Made by a program: the position numbers and the translations under genes
Part shown: positions 1-14,482 of the stretch, piece by piece
Layout: each line of letters opens with the position of its first letter
How positions within the stretch are numbered: position 1 is the stretch's first letter
Notes under the pieces: model-generated
The model's database searches: none
What the model was told of the DNA's origin: nothing
What the model saw: only the letters and a program-made list of their open reading frames with translations
NCBI GenBank assembly: GCA_047967505.1
Contig: CM106538.1
Strand: one strand, 5' to 3'
DNA from: Dipteris shenzhenensis
Taxonomy: Eukaryota
DNA: 64,000 bases

Positions 1-640
1 GCTCAGTTATCCGGTTTGGACACCAGATGGGGGTCATGTGTGGTTTGATGGCTGGACGGCTTCAAATAGAGTTGGCACACCACCAACTAGGCTACATGCA
101 AGTGTGAGAAGGCATCCCTTGACTGACCACACTGAGGGTAGACGAAGCATTTCTTGGGGCAGCCCACCACTCTTGGGTTTCGGGGCCCGTTTGGAGCCTC
201 AGATGATCCCAGATGGCTCTGGGCCACCGAACAGGCTCTGTAGGTCAGTAGCTCTATTTTGCACACCGGATCTATTGTATGGTCGGTGGCCTATTTTGGG
301 ACCGACCTCCAGTCAACCGTTTTGGGCAGCCTATTTCGGGACTGACCGTTTTGTGCGGTCACCCAATTGAGCCTAACTGACTATGACTGGTGGCTATATA
401 AGAGCAAGCCGGTGAAGCCCTTTTTCATCACTGGCTATAGCAACCCTGATTCCTTAGCATCCAGCCTCCGTCTTCTACTATTTTCAACACGCCATCGAAG
501 CATCTTTCATAGGAGCACACGGTTGGGAGGCAGCGCCATCTATTGTATCAGTTCTATAGTAATCAAATTTTTGATTCTCCATACTATCTTGTTTTCTCTC
601 TTGCATACGAGATCCTGTTATCTGTTGAGCATAGACGTAT
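1..640. mobile_element. probable LTR fragment
   Basis: GC-rich 'accga/ggtcgg' motifs, a TATA-like 'ctatataa' and 'tgagcctaactgact' resemble the segments at ~47640-47780 and ~50560-50750; no termini seen. Confidence 0.3.
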
Positions 641-2439
641 TATTTTCTTACAGATACAACTTCGAGAAAAATCCTACATTAAAGGTGACAATGCCTACCA
701 GAAGTGACAAAGATCTGCCAAAGGAATATAAGGTCTAGCTTCAATATAATCTCTGTTGTCTTGCCACACAACATTTTGCTTGATTTGCATTTGTGAATAA
801 TGCTTTCATGACATCACACATGCAATGATGACAAAACCTTACCAATAGTTAAAAAGTGAGAGACCAGCTATTTTTGTTGTTGGTAATCTTCCATTTACCA
901 TTGATAGTTCCTCAAAATATCATGGGTAACATAACTATTACCATTGGTAGCATTACAAGTATCATTTAAAAAAGAGATATTGCCGAAAAAATATTTAGGT
1001 GCAAATTTTCTAGATAGTAGCTAGTAAATGATATTTTATTGGCAGTAGTACGACTTTGAGCAATGGTAATAGGGATTTTATAAACCATAAAACTACCATC
1101 ATGATAATATAAGGATGTGCTAGTTTAGTTTTACCAGTTTTGGGTCATTGTTTGCTTGGGTGTAGCCATTTTTTGTGAGGTTCACGGACTTTTTTGTATA
1201 TGGGTATCTTGCATGAGCCATAACCTATGCATTGCTCAATGAAATTCGGCAAACTTTGTCTTCAAGTTGTAGTACATTCCAAACTTGAACATGAGAGCAA
1301 AAATTTATGGAATAAGGATTCAGAACAAGACCGTTAAAGCATTACAAGTGCTATGTTGCATGTGAAGCATGCATCTTGAAGACTATAGGATATAGTAATT
1401 TATTCAAAAACGTTAAAATTTTGTTCTATATATACATGCAACCAAGTAATCATTCTAAAGTACACTACATGAGCTTCTCCTCAACCTGAGGACACATGTA
1501 AATGAGATCATTATGCACGGGTTAATGGGCCTCCAATGTTGTGCTAAAGTGATGCATACCCATTTAAGGGCACACTCCATAACTTTTTTTTGATTTGTTG
1601 AAAACCAAAATGAATTGAAATTTTCAAATCCAAACTATTGGTGCATGTGCAAAGATATTTTAACAAATCCAACACTATTTACAATTTTGAATTGTTTCTT
1701 TTTCCATGCACTTGCTTGCTATATGGTTTATAAGCATGCCAAAGGTCATTTCATTTAATAATACACAGCATCAAACCCAATAGCGTGCCCTTTGGCCTAT
1801 TTGTGTTTTGAAGCATTTTAAGCCACATTGCACTTGTTTGGGAGAAATTTTGCTACTCCCACAAATTTTGAATTTTTACAGCTCCCGCCCATCAAATCTT
1901 GGAAGATTAAGTACCTGCAACCTACCCCCTCCCTACAATTGCCTTACAGCCTACATGCACCTCGACATGACCTTGCCCAAACTTTGGTTTTTGCCATTGT
2001 CTTCTTTTGGGTAAGTTGTCATCTATCATTTCCTTGCCTCATTAGCTAGCTTCTATGGGTCTATTCTAGACTCTGATCGTGGCCATGGCGTCAATGGCAA
2101 CATGTAGCTCGCCATGCTTGCAAGAGAAGTAGATAGAGGCTACAAGACAGGAAATCCAAAAAGCCAGTTCAAGGCACAAGGAAGAGAGTGTGGTCGAGCA
2201 AAGCGCTAGCACGGTATCAAATCGACAACGGAAGACACTTTTACAACATCTGCGAAGGGAGAAACAAGGAGAAGAAAGAAGACTCCTTGCAGAGTAGTAG
2301 CAAGAAGCGGTTGTAGATGCACACATTCAATCATTGCCATCGGAGTGAAGAGCATGAGCTATGGTATGACAATTTTGGTGGGAGCATTCGAGGCAGCAAC
2401 ATTAGGCCATTCAGGTGATTACCAGTCTTGAGTCTTCAC

Positions 2440-3380
2440 AAGCTTTAGCTTACACCCTAAAGTTCATAGAGTAACAACCCTACCAACACCTCGGGAGATG
2501 CACACCCACGAGGCGATGCTCTCTAACTTGAAAAATGGCCTACAAAAACTGAAAGGGGTACACAGCTTAGATCAACTAGCTACAAAGAGAGCGACGTTAG
2601 CTATGTTGATTGTGTTTTATATTCTTTTAGTAGTAGCAAAAAGGGGGCTCATTATTCTGTTATTCCTGCATGTTGGGTCAGCAAACAAAGTTGTATCTCA
2701 AGTTTGTGGATTAGAATCTAGACATTTCAATTGGGCAGAGGAGCTTTGAGCGTTGTAAGACCTGGTTCATCCACAAAACTCAAATACAGGAATGTTTGTT
2801 GTTGCAAAACCCACATGGACTTTGACCTAGCCTGACAAGCTATGAATGACTTGAGATCTGGTTGTGTTGGAGCATTGCTCCATGGGGATCGATGTCCATG
2901 CCTCCTCAATGAATGTGCAGTCTATAGGCCACCTGAATCCTCATCATGTGTTGCAAGGGAGGGCAGGTTTTGTACCAGTGGTTTGTCCAAAGGGAGATTG
3001 TGAGTGGCACAGGATTGAATGCATTCGTGGCACATGTAAGCATTGCAATTTGAAGCTGAAGAAGAAGATATTCAATGTCTGTCCATATGAAATGAGGGAA
3101 GAAAACCACGTTGCTCTAAAATGGAGGAGATTTGAAAATGTCAATGTTGAAGGATTTGATAAAAAGAGATGGCTATTGTCATATAAGAGCACCCAGCCAA
3201 GGGAGCTTGTAGATCACGTGGTTCAATCCATCCGAAAATATGTGCCTCATAATTTCATGACCAGCTAGCAGGATAAGCAATTCAGGACATGCCTTGCCAA
3301 TTTTCCCAATGACACTATTGTATCTGTCATAGAATTTGTAAAAAATTGTTATTTTCAAGAACAAGATGAGATACAAAGTG
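2440..3380 (+). pseudogene. degenerate DNA-transposon transposase (Sola-like 'DFAENY..QDEIQS' type)
   Basis: Broken frames give 'CCCKTH', Cys-rich 'CPKGDCEWHRIECIRGTCKHC' and, past a TAG at 3266-3268, 'QDKQFRTCLANFPNDTIVSVIEFVKNCYFQEQDEIQS'; cut by an LTR at 3381. Confidence 0.55.
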
Positions 3381-4410
3381 TGTTGAGATATCGAGCTCCA
3401 CTCATGATATGCCAGGGTGACCGTTATGCATTTATGTCACCGACTTGTTAGCTGCAGATGCGATTGGTACACCGCCCATGAATAATAGCTGGATGATAGC
3501 TATCTTTATGTACTCTAGTTAGTGGCTCAGTTAGTATGCCACCTAGGTTAGCTAAGTTTGGTTTGAGACCCACATATAGGGTTCATCTATTCCTTTTATA
3601 CTAAGAGAGAGTTCTTTTGGCTTTCACAACTAAGACGAGGAAAACTATTTTTAGCCTCCACCTTTGTGTGTATTCCCCCTTTGTGTATTTGAGAAAGCTG
3701 CAAGTGAGACTCATTACTTCTCTCCCACTCTCTTCACATGGTATCAGAGCTCGGGGAGCTCAAGGAAGCAAACAAAGTTCGTGATGTCTTGATAAGAGAA
3801 TCAGTGTTGCTTTCCTTTTTCAAGTTTGGGAGCAAATCTCTGCAGGCAGCACAGCTGGAAAGTGCAAGAGTGCACTGTCTCAGATTGGGATGCCCTTTGC
3901 GGTGCAACAACAGGGCAGTATATGCTATAGGTAAGGGCAAAGCCCTTAGTGATATTATTTTTTTGATTCAAGGCCATTTCGGGGCCCGTTTTGGTGGTGG
4001 AAGTTTTCCACGAGCACTTAGAAAGGTGCCCTGTTTTTGTTGTGCGACCACTATTCTGTAGGTCGGAGAAAAGTTGTCGCAGAAATTGCATCATATGCCT
4101 ATGCGCAGAGATATTGGGAGTGATAGAATCATTCTTATTGCCTGTTGATACAAAATCATCACTAGGAAGTGACTATGTGGTCAAATACCACTTTCGTCAG
4201 TTTTGCAGATTTTCCCTTGTGAGGCAAAAGTTGTGTTTTTTGTAGTGACAAAATATTTTGGCATCTAATGCTCTTTCACAGATAGTCACTGAAAGGCTTG
4301 ACAAGAACAACTTCCCAACATGGAAGTTTACAATGACGAATTTCCTTAAGGGAAAAGGCTATTGGGAGTTCATTACTGAAGCTGAACAAGAACCAGTTAT
4401 TCCTAACTTC
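3381..4410 (+). mobile_element. Ty1/Copia 5' fragment: LTR (3381-3736), Met-i PBS (3739-3750), leader, gag N-terminus
   Basis: TGTTGAG...TCTTCA, PBS TGGTATCAGAGC, gag start 'ASNALSQIVTERLDKNNFPTWKFTMTNFLKGKGYWEFI'; leader homologous to 39095-39470. Confidence 0.88.
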
Positions 4411-4975
4411 GGCCTCTCCATCATATCCTCCTTTGGCTCCCTAAAAATTTATAATGCAACAAGCTAGACTAGTGGAAAACTGAGTTGTACAAACTCTGTC
4501 TTGCTCAGACAAGGCTCTCAGCAATGGTTGGATGTAATCTTTTGGGCTCTCAAAACAATCTTTTAGCTCAATGGATGTAATGTTTTGGTGTCTATTTATG
4601 TAATCTCTTTTTATTCAATTTGAGGCTCTTAGTATGCGATGTTATTAACTTTTATATTTGTATTTGAATGGTTATGGCCGCTACTTGTAATCTTTTGGAT
4701 AAGATCCTCTATTAAATTTTTGCTCGGTATAAGTTAAAATTTTTAATATAACTTGTTATAGGATGTAGATGTACATTGTAATCTCTTTTGCTCAATTTTC
4801 ACTCGATAAATTGTACTTTTTCCCTCATTTATATTTACTACAACAAGGACTGAAATACCAGGAAAGAAGGACTACAATTTCCTTGGTTTATGACCAAAAT
4901 AGTGCTAAAATAACTCCAACGACCCCACTGTTGTTGCATGGAGATACATCTAGGAAAATATAATTAAACTTTAAG

Positions 4976-6286
4976 AAAATGCAATTGATGATATGGCCCT
5001 TGAGCGGTGTCCTCTAGGGGCAAGGACCAAATGTGCACACTTTTCGAGCAAAAACCTACGAGCAAAAAAATCCGAGCGATAATTTTTTGCACCAACCATG
5101 CTGGTATATTTCTCAAAGGAATATACAATTCTTTCTTAATTTCTCATTTATGGAATCACATACTTACTTATTTTTCATTGTAACCCTCATTTTAGAGAAC
5201 ATTATCTATATATGAACAAATAGTGAACACTTTAGAAACTCCTATAAATACCTCCCTACCATACTCTCTTTTGAGGATTATCGTAATTCAATCAATTTAA
5301 AAGAGTTTCCCTCATATTTATCAATCCCATATTTGAAGCTCTCATTAAATAATATATACCATATTTCTTGGATGAGTTGGAAAAAGATATTGAAACCTCA
5401 TACTTGAAGTCATTATAATTGATCATAAATTAATGTCTAATACATTATCAAATATGCAAAGGAAAGGGAGGGATTTTCAAAATATTCCCAATTCTCCAAA
5501 CCTAAGTACTTTAAAGGAAATGTGGTCCCTATTGAACTCCTTTCTACTATAATATGAATTAGGGAGAAGTTGTAACTCTCATATACATCTTGAAGTTTTC
5601 AATTTATCTCTTTTAAAACTATAAAAAATATATAAATTTAAGCCTACCATTGCATAGATCATGAAATTTTGAACATTTTTCCTTTTTACAGCTCCTCAAT
5701 CTGAGCTAAGGAGGAAAAGTTATGACCCCTTCTCTATAGGCTCTCCAAGGGTATTCCATTGTTGGTGGAATAGGGTTGGGGCAAGCTCTTCAAACCATAT
5801 TTCTCTGACAAAATACACTTAGAGGGTCTATTAAAAAGGCATTATATATTTTCTTAGTCATCCTGAGGAATTGTAAAGAGGATATTTGCTCAAAATTTCA
5901 AGATCCAACCAATGGTGAAAGGAAAAGAAAGGATTTTTTAAAGTCATAAAATAAGTCACCACTTGGACATTATGTATGTATATTATATAAAAGTATATTT
6001 ATATCTGTATCTATTTATCAATATTTCATATTTACTTACATATTCCTTGAAATAATTTGGAATTTTTTTCTCCCCAAAAATGACTTGAGACTATATATTC
6101 TGACACCTCCCAGCTTTTGTCTACTCGTCGCTCGAGGCTTTTTGCTCGAAAAATGGAAATCTCGACAAGGGCCATATCGACATGCATTATACAATATCTA
6201 GGATCCCATTGGATAGAAATGTCATGTCGATATGGCCCTTACCACTGAAGGGGACCCCTCAAGGGCCATATCGTCAATTGCATTTT
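4976..6286. mobile_element. non-autonomous TIR (MULE/foldback-like) element
   Basis: 4976-5030 (aaaatgcaattgatgatatggcccttgag...) is the inverted repeat of 6225-6286; inner pair 5041-5063 / 6130-6152; AT-rich non-coding interior. Confidence 0.6.
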
Positions 6287-6329
6287 GCTTGGTTGCACAA
6301 TGGAAAACATTTTCCTTGGTACACAAATA

Positions 6330-6880
6330 TATAACTCCAAGAACCAGCACGGTGGCTTTCATAGATCTCCTTCTATTTACCAGCATGCTGGTCATCATAG
6401 ACCCCCTCCTGTAATACATAAAAATAGTTAACGGAGCTATAACTCCAAGAACTAGCACGGTGGTCTCTCCAAGACAACCTTGAATTCTGGGCGATGATAG
6501 GTTGTTAAGACAGAGATTGCGCTGAGGTGGCGATGCTCAAAAATGATAGATTGTGTCTCATTATTATGCCAAAAACTAGTGCGGTGGTCTCTCCAAGCCA
6601 ACCTATGACTTGCATGGGCTATGGGTAAAGAAGCGGCAAAAGGATGCAGTGTGCACGATGCTAGGTGGTCAAGCCAAAGACTACACTACGGCAATGTTCA
6701 AAATGATAGATTGCATCTAATTATTACACCAAGAACTAGCGCGGTGATCTCTCCAAGCCAACCTTCAATTTTAATGATCTACATGGGTGCATGCACAATG
6801 ACAGGTGGTAAAGCTGCAGCAAAAGGTTGTGCGATGATAAGTGATCAGGCAGCGTAGGCTAGAGACTGCGCTGCATGAAG
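6330..6880. repeat. degenerate short tandem repeats ('ccaagaactagcacggtggtctctccaagcc')
   Basis: Motif recurs at ~6335, 6443, 6570 and 6729. Confidence 0.55.
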
Positions 6881-7335
6881 CAGTGGAAAGATGCCATGTG
6901 TTGAGCTATGCAGTGTTCTGAACAAATAGATTATGTTTCATTATTACGCCAGTGTGCATGACGTCGAGAAAATTTTTGGTGAGAGCATGGGTCCGTGTAA
7001 AATTTAAATATTCCCTCAGGAGTGCATCGCATTGCAGTCCCAAAATGGCCCCGAAAATAGTTTCGTGATTGGCTACACCCAAGCAAACATTGACCCTTTT
7101 GACTTAAGAGTCCCACACCAAGGCTTGGGCTTAAGGGCAATCCTTAGACCTAGTGCATGGGACCAATCTTCTAGTGTAGGTACTTGGATTCTTTTAGAGA
7201 GGGACATGGTTTTTTGCCAAGTTAAAAATCCCATGTTGACAAGACCCTTGTTGAGTTAAAAAAGTAGGGAGGGAAAATACCAAAAGAATGGAGGAACCGG
7301 GGACGAGTTCGCACCCCAGGAGGCCTATCGGGCTA

Positions 7336-9337
7336 GGTGGAGAGCACGATTGGGGTGAAACAAGGATGCCTCCTCTCACTGGCTCTCTTTGGCCTCTACA
7401 TTCATGAGATCACATCCTTCATAGACTGCCTGGAAGGTGAGGGGTCACCTCTGGCTGATTTGTTGGTACCGATACTACTATATGCGGATGACATAGCCCT
7501 CTTATCATCCTTAGCAAAGGGTTTACAGAGACATCTAGAGGCCCTCGAGGAGTTCTGCATAGAGAGAGATCTAACAATTAACCTTGGGAAGACCAAGGTT
7601 ATGATCTTCAGCACCTCATACTCAGTGCTCCATCGACATAGCTTCACTTACCGAGGTCAGCCACCAGTAGAGATTGTGCAGTCCTACACATACTTGGGTA
7701 CAGTTTTCATTGGGCCAGCTTTCACGATGATTCATGCAACCCGAGCATGCCTCACACGAGGATATGGTGCTCTGGCCCGTTTAAAGCGACAATGTTTGCA
7801 GGCACATTTCAAGGACCCACTGATGAAGTGCTGGCTTTTCGACACCCTAGTGAGACCAACTGCCATGTATGCAGCACCGTTCTAGGGGTGTGATATTTTA
7901 GAAGTAGAGTGGAAGAGATTTGAGCGGCTATAGATAATCATGGGATCCAAGATGATTCGTAGTAAGCCCTCAGTCCCCCATCAAATAGTACAGGCAGAGT
8001 TTGCTATGACCCCTCTTCAGATCGATGCCACCTTTCAACCAGTGATGACCTTCCTCCCTAGAGTCTGGGATCTACCTCATGAGAGGCTACCGAGATTGGC
8101 ATTGGAATCCTCTAGCCGACTGGCAGAGAGTGGGTTTGGTACAGCATGGTATGCACGCATCTCTACTTGGTTCAGATGGACAAGCTCCCTCCTTTTCAGT
8201 ATAGCATGGATGCACCCCCCGAGTTGATTCCGCAAGATGAGATTAACCGCATCATATGGTTAGACCTCCTCCAGCTTCACACACTTCAGACTTGGGGGGG
8301 GACCAGGATTTCCCCACCAAGACCCAGCTCTACTATGACCATTTCTTGAGAGTATTAGAGGATGGCCAGACACCAGTATCTTGAGGATAGAGGAGTCTCA
8401 CATGCACTGAGGATTGCCATTGGACAGATAAGAGTCTCCTCCCATCAGCTGAGGATTGAGGTAGGGAGAGCTGCAGGCATATCTAGAAAGCAGTGGACTT
8501 GTATGCCATGCACGATGGGTTACGTCAAGATTGAGGAGCACTTTCTTTGTATATGTCCCACCTACTATGAGATCCGAGGGCGCTAACATTGCCTTTTTTA
8601 GGAGGGACACAAGTTTGGCCCAGTCTCACGATTGATCCACTGCTAGGATCAGATCTATATTGGGCTCTACCTAATGAAGATGCAAAGACACAAAGAGACA
8701 CTACTACAATAGCGGGTCAGAGAGCAGCAGGATGCGACCACCACGTCACAAGACACACTAAGGTGGACTGAGCATGTAGAGGCAGGTCATCGACTTCTAT
8801 GCATTTGAGTCAGCAGCTCCAGGGCACTCAGGAGTAGAGGAGGAGGAGCTAGCTGACATGAGAGATAGATGGGTCAGTAGAGGGAGTCAACACGACACCA
8901 CTACTAGATGAGGGTCACGGGGATCTCACATGCGACAGGAGAACAAAGCACAAATGATTGAGGTTAGACCTATCACAGCTCTTCTTAGAGGCGACTGATA
9001 GAGACGTGGCATTAAACTTGACATACCCCATTGGATCAAGAGGTCGAGGAGACATGCACCCCACCACAGTGCCAGACATGGATACATGGAGCCAACTCAT
9101 GTTCTTGGAGCATTAGCCCTTAGCGCCTGACATGCCCCACTCATGTTACACACTATTTGGCTTTTCTGGCTTGACTTGATATGATGTACTACATTAGTAT
9201 TTCAATTTATGTGTTTTCTAGTACTTAGCGAGGGCCTTAGCGAGCCCTTCACTCTAGCCCACTATGGCTTGTATGAGTTTACTTTGTTTTCGCACTTTTG
9301 TCCCATAGGCCCATGAGGCCTCCCGTGGATGTTAATA

Positions 9338-9379
<42 letters not shown>
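7336..9379 (+). mobile_element. 5'-truncated RTEX-like non-LTR retrotransposon (RT, C-terminal zinc finger, 3'UTR, (TC)n tail)
   Basis: 'GVKQGCLLSLALFGLYI', 'LLYADDIALL', 'LTINLGKTKVMIF', 'SSHQLRIEVGR...CMPC...EEHFLCICPTYYEIR'; stops and frameshifts; ends in (TC)n from 9340. Confidence 0.88.
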
Positions 9380-9390
<11 letters not shown>

Positions 9391-9399
9391 TACACACAC

Positions 9400-10052
9400 A
9401 CAAACTCACAATTAAAAAGGCTATAATATTTTTCATAACCTAAAACAAACAGTCTCTATAGCTTACAACTATTTTTCGAGTCCCAAACAATTGCATTTAT
9501 TGTTTGCAATGGATTTCGTCAACCAAAATGTTAATTAAGTTAGACTTTTCATGGCTAGACACATGTACTCAAGAATTTGATGCTATGTAAGTTGCATCAT
9601 AGGGGACAATATTTTTTTAAAAAAAAGTTTATGCCATCATTTTGATTTATTTATCTTTCAAAAATACTTCAAAGTATCATACGTGAGGAATATCATTTGT
9701 AATGTACTTTCAAATTATTTGTCTATGGTAAATTTAATGATATAAAAATAAGGTTTAATGGCTAATTATATGTGCTCAATAATTTCATGTTATGTAAGTC
9801 ACATCATAGGGAACTCTATATTCTTAAATAAAATTCTTTATTACATTAATTATATTTTATTTCTCTTTGAAAAATATTTCAAAGAATCATGCATGAGTAA
9901 TTTCACTTGATACGTAATTTCAAATCATTTGTGCATATAGAATTTAATAATATAAAATCTATAGCCTTACTTCATCAAAAAGGTTGAAGAGATAAAATCA
10001 GGTATGCTAATTTAATTTATTTTTCTTTTAAGGTTTTGACATTTTCTTATAA

Positions 10053-10097
<45 letters not shown>

Positions 10098-12666
10098 CAC
10101 ACACACATGTACACAAGTTTTAACAAGGCTATACCATTGTTAATAGAGATACCTAAAACAAAACAATCTCGATAGTGTACAACTATTTCACGAGACCCAA
10201 AAACTGACTTTAATGTTAACAGTGGATTTTCTCAACTCAAATTGAGTTATAGTTTTGATGCCTAAATACATGTGCTCAAGTATTTGATGTAATGTAAATC
10301 GCATCATAAGGGACCATATATTTATTAGAAAGTATGGCTAATTGAATGATATAAAGAGTAGGTTTGATGGCTAATTACACGTGCTAAAGAATTTGATGTA
10401 ATGTAAGTCACATCATAGTGGACCATATATTTTTTAAAGACATGTTTAAGACATTAATTTAATTTATTTCTCTTTCAAAAATGCTATAAAGAATAATGCC
10501 TGAGTAAATTCATCTGAAATGTAATTTCAAATTATGTTTGTATAAAAATTTTAATGATATAAAAAAGATTTCCTTTCTTGATTAAAAAGGTTAACCAAAT
10601 TGGAATTGTCAATAAAAATATACTTATGAGCATATTAATTTGATTTATTTACCGTTGAAAATAATAAAATTATCATACGTGAGGAATTTCAATTGAAATG
10701 TACTTTCAAATGGTGTCTATATGGCAACTTGTATTTGTGTTTATGTTTTTTAACACAACATCATCCACATGGTTTTAAATGTCATTGGAAATGGGGATTA
10801 TTAAAATTTTAAGATACCTACATATGAGGAATTTCAGTTGAAATGTACTTTCAAATGGTGTTTGTATGGAAAATTGTACTTGTGTTTACATTTTTTGACA
10901 TAACATCATCTGCATGGTTTTAAATGTAGGTACTTCTATATAATCATCATCGATCGATCACGAGCCTCAATAAAACATTATGTCTTATTGGTATCATTAC
11001 TTGATCAAAAAGGTTTAACGTGTTGTAGTTGTCAATAAAAATATAGCTTCAATTGAACGTATTTATGTTTTTATTATTTTCATAATGGACAATCAATACC
11101 AATACATGTATATGGAATAAGGCTATTCCTTGGCATATCCATCTTGGAATGAGAAATGATAAGGACTAAAGCAACATCCTCGGCAATAATGTTAAAATTT
11201 TGAGATACCTAAAACAAAACAATCTCTATAGCATACAACTATTTTACGAGTCCCAAACAATTGCCTTTAATGTTTGCAATGGATTTCATGAACCAAAATG
11301 TTAATTGAGTTAGAGTTTTAATGGCTAGATACATGTGCTCAAGAATTTGATGTTATGTAAGTCGCATCATAAGGGACAATATATATTTATTTTATTTTTT
11401 TAAAGTTTATGCGATCATTTTGATTTATTTATCTTTCAAAAATACTTCAAGGTATCATACATGAGGAATATCATTTGTAATGTAATTTGAAATGATGTGT
11501 GTATGGCAAATTATATTATATAAAAATAAGTTTTGATGGCTAATTACATGTGCTCAAGAATTTGATGTTATGTAAGTCGCATCATAGGGGATTCTATATT
11601 CTTTTAAAAAATATTTATGAAATTAATTATATTTATTTCTCTTTGAAAAATACTTCAAAGAATCATGCATGAAAAAATTCAGTCGGAATGTAATTTCAAA
11701 TGATTTGTGTATGCAAAATTTAATGATGTAAAAATTGTAGCCTTGCTTGATCAAAAAGGTTGAAGAAATTGCAATTGACAATAAAAATATAGCTATATGA
11801 AAATAAATTTGATTTATTTATCATTGAAAAATAATGAAATTTTCAAACTTCAAGAGTCCTCCCATTGGACTTTTAGTAGCAAGGCGATGTGCTCAAGTTC
11901 TCAAGTTGAAATTGAGAGGAAGAGAGTATCAATAACAATCATATAGTGGAATATAATCTTCTTCCCGGGGAAACTTCTTTTCTATTTCAATAAGTTGGTA
12001 CTCACATGGAAAGACAAAAGAGTATAAGGGAAACTACAAATAAGTACATGTTTTGCACATGTAATATTTCTCATGATAATGAAATTTGATGCAATCCTTG
12101 ATAGATCCTTGATGTTTAAAAACATATAACAACGTTGAAAGTAATGTAAAGCACAACCTGATATGCATTTGAAAAAAATGCCATAATGCGGTGGTGATCA
12201 TTAGTTTTTCTTCTAACCAATGTGACTTAGTGTACTTGCAAGTTGTTATTAAACATTGAAGTCCTTTTTAGTAAACAAGATAGGTACTCACATGGAAATA
12301 TAAAAGAACATTTCTTCCAAGGGACATGACTCTCTGTATTTATAAGAGTTTATTAAACATTGAAGTACTCTTTTGTAAATAAGATAAGAATAGGTTTATG
12401 AATGATGTGCTAAAGGACATGGAAAGATACTTTCATTTTTGCAATGGATTTCGTATTTGTGTTTATGTTTTTTGACACAACATCATCTGCATGGTTTTAA
12501 ATGTAGGTACACTCATCTAATCATCATCAATGAATCACGAGCCTAAACAAAACATTATCTCTTATTGCCTCATTCATTACATCAGGTTGGTCACTTTTAT
12601 TTCTTTTTCTTTTTTGGTTATAAGGTTTTCTAAAACAAACATACATAGACACAAACAAACACAAAA

Positions 12667-12719
<53 letters not shown>

Positions 12720-13148
12720 ATCAATTTGATTTGTTTCTCTTTGAAAAATACTTCTAAGAATCATGCTTGAGTAATTTCAGTTGAAATGTAATTTCAAATG
12801 ATTTTTGTATTAAAAAATTAATGATATTAAAAGTATAGCATTACTTGATCAAAAAGGTTAAACATATTGCAATTATCAATAAAACTATAGCTATGAGCAA
12901 ATAAATTTATTTATTTTCTCATTGAAAAATAATGAAATTATCATACGTGAGGAGTTTCAATTGAACGTATTGGTAGCATCTTATAAATTTAAGAAATCGT
13001 GTATAATCATCATCTATGGATCACAAACCTTAACAAACCATTATCTCCTATTACCTAATTCATTACATTAGGTTTTTCAATTTTATTTCTATTTCTTTCT
13101 AGATTATAAGTCTTAAACAAAAAAACAAACACATAAACACACAAAATC

Positions 13149-13237
<89 letters not shown>

Positions 13238-14410
13238 GGCTCTCTCACTACTTTCTACATGTATCTTTTTTTTTTTAAGGTGTTTCTAAAAAACTAAATG
13301 TCTCTAGAAATTTGTTTTTAAATTTTAATAATTTTGGAATGCTGCCACATGAATGATTTACATATTATCTAAATATGTTTATATTTAAATTTCTATTTAT
13401 GCTTATCCTATATTTTTTTAATGCATCAATCTAGGTGCCATGTATATACATATATATACTAATAGACAAACAAATAATGATAATATTTACCTATGAGAAA
13501 ATCAATTTGATTTAATTCACTTTAGTTTGACTTAATTTTATTTGATTCACTTTGAAAAAATCACTTTAATTCGATTTAGTTCAATTTGAAAAATATTCAA
13601 GTATAATATGTGAGGATTTTCAATTGAAATGTACTTTCCAATGATGTGTTTATTGCAAGTTGAATGATATTAAAAATATAGCATTCTCTAATAATAATTT
13701 AATTAATAAGTATATATGTTTTAATTATTACTATAATGGCCAATCATTACCATTACATGTATATAGAAGATCCTAATCCAACTAGCTCCAACTATATGCT
13801 TTTTCTTTATAAAACTTGATATCTTGCCAATTGGCACTTGATTAGAATGCTACACACACAAAAAGAAGAATAGGATTATTCCTTGCAATATCAATCTTGC
13901 AATGAGAAATGATTAGCAACATAATTGGCAATGATGTCATTGCAAATGGGGATTCTTACTAAACATTTTATGCAAATAATATTACCTGAGTAGTCTATGA
14001 ATAAAATTTACACAGAGTTGAGTGTTTACGTGTTTAGCCAACCCATCATCTACATGGTTTTTCATTGTAGGTACTCCCATACGATCATCATCAGTGGATC
14101 TTGAGCCTCACTTAACCATTATCTCCCATTGCGTCCTTCATTACAGCAGGTTGGTCACATTTATTTCTTTTGCTTCCATACGTTATTTTATTTACTATAT
14201 CAATCTAGGTGCCATGTATATATGTATCTCTTAGTAATAGACATACAAATAATGATATTATGTATCACACAATATATATGCATACTCAACTTAACTCTAA
14301 ATTTATTAATTTTTCATTGTAGCTACTCCCATGTAGTCATCGTTGGATCTCGAGCGCTCAGTACACCGTTACCTCCCATTGCCTCCTTCATTACATCAGG
14401 TTGGTGAAAT

Positions 14411-14482
<72 letters not shown>

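Noticed and set aside
3738-4061. Conserved small ORF (similar peptide at 39123-39344)
   Set aside because: Explained by DNA homology of the Copia leader; starts and lengths differ
6330-6880. CRISPR-like repeat-spacer pattern
   Set aside because: Repeats are degenerate, spacing is irregular, spacers are partly homologous, and the context is eukaryotic with no cas genes
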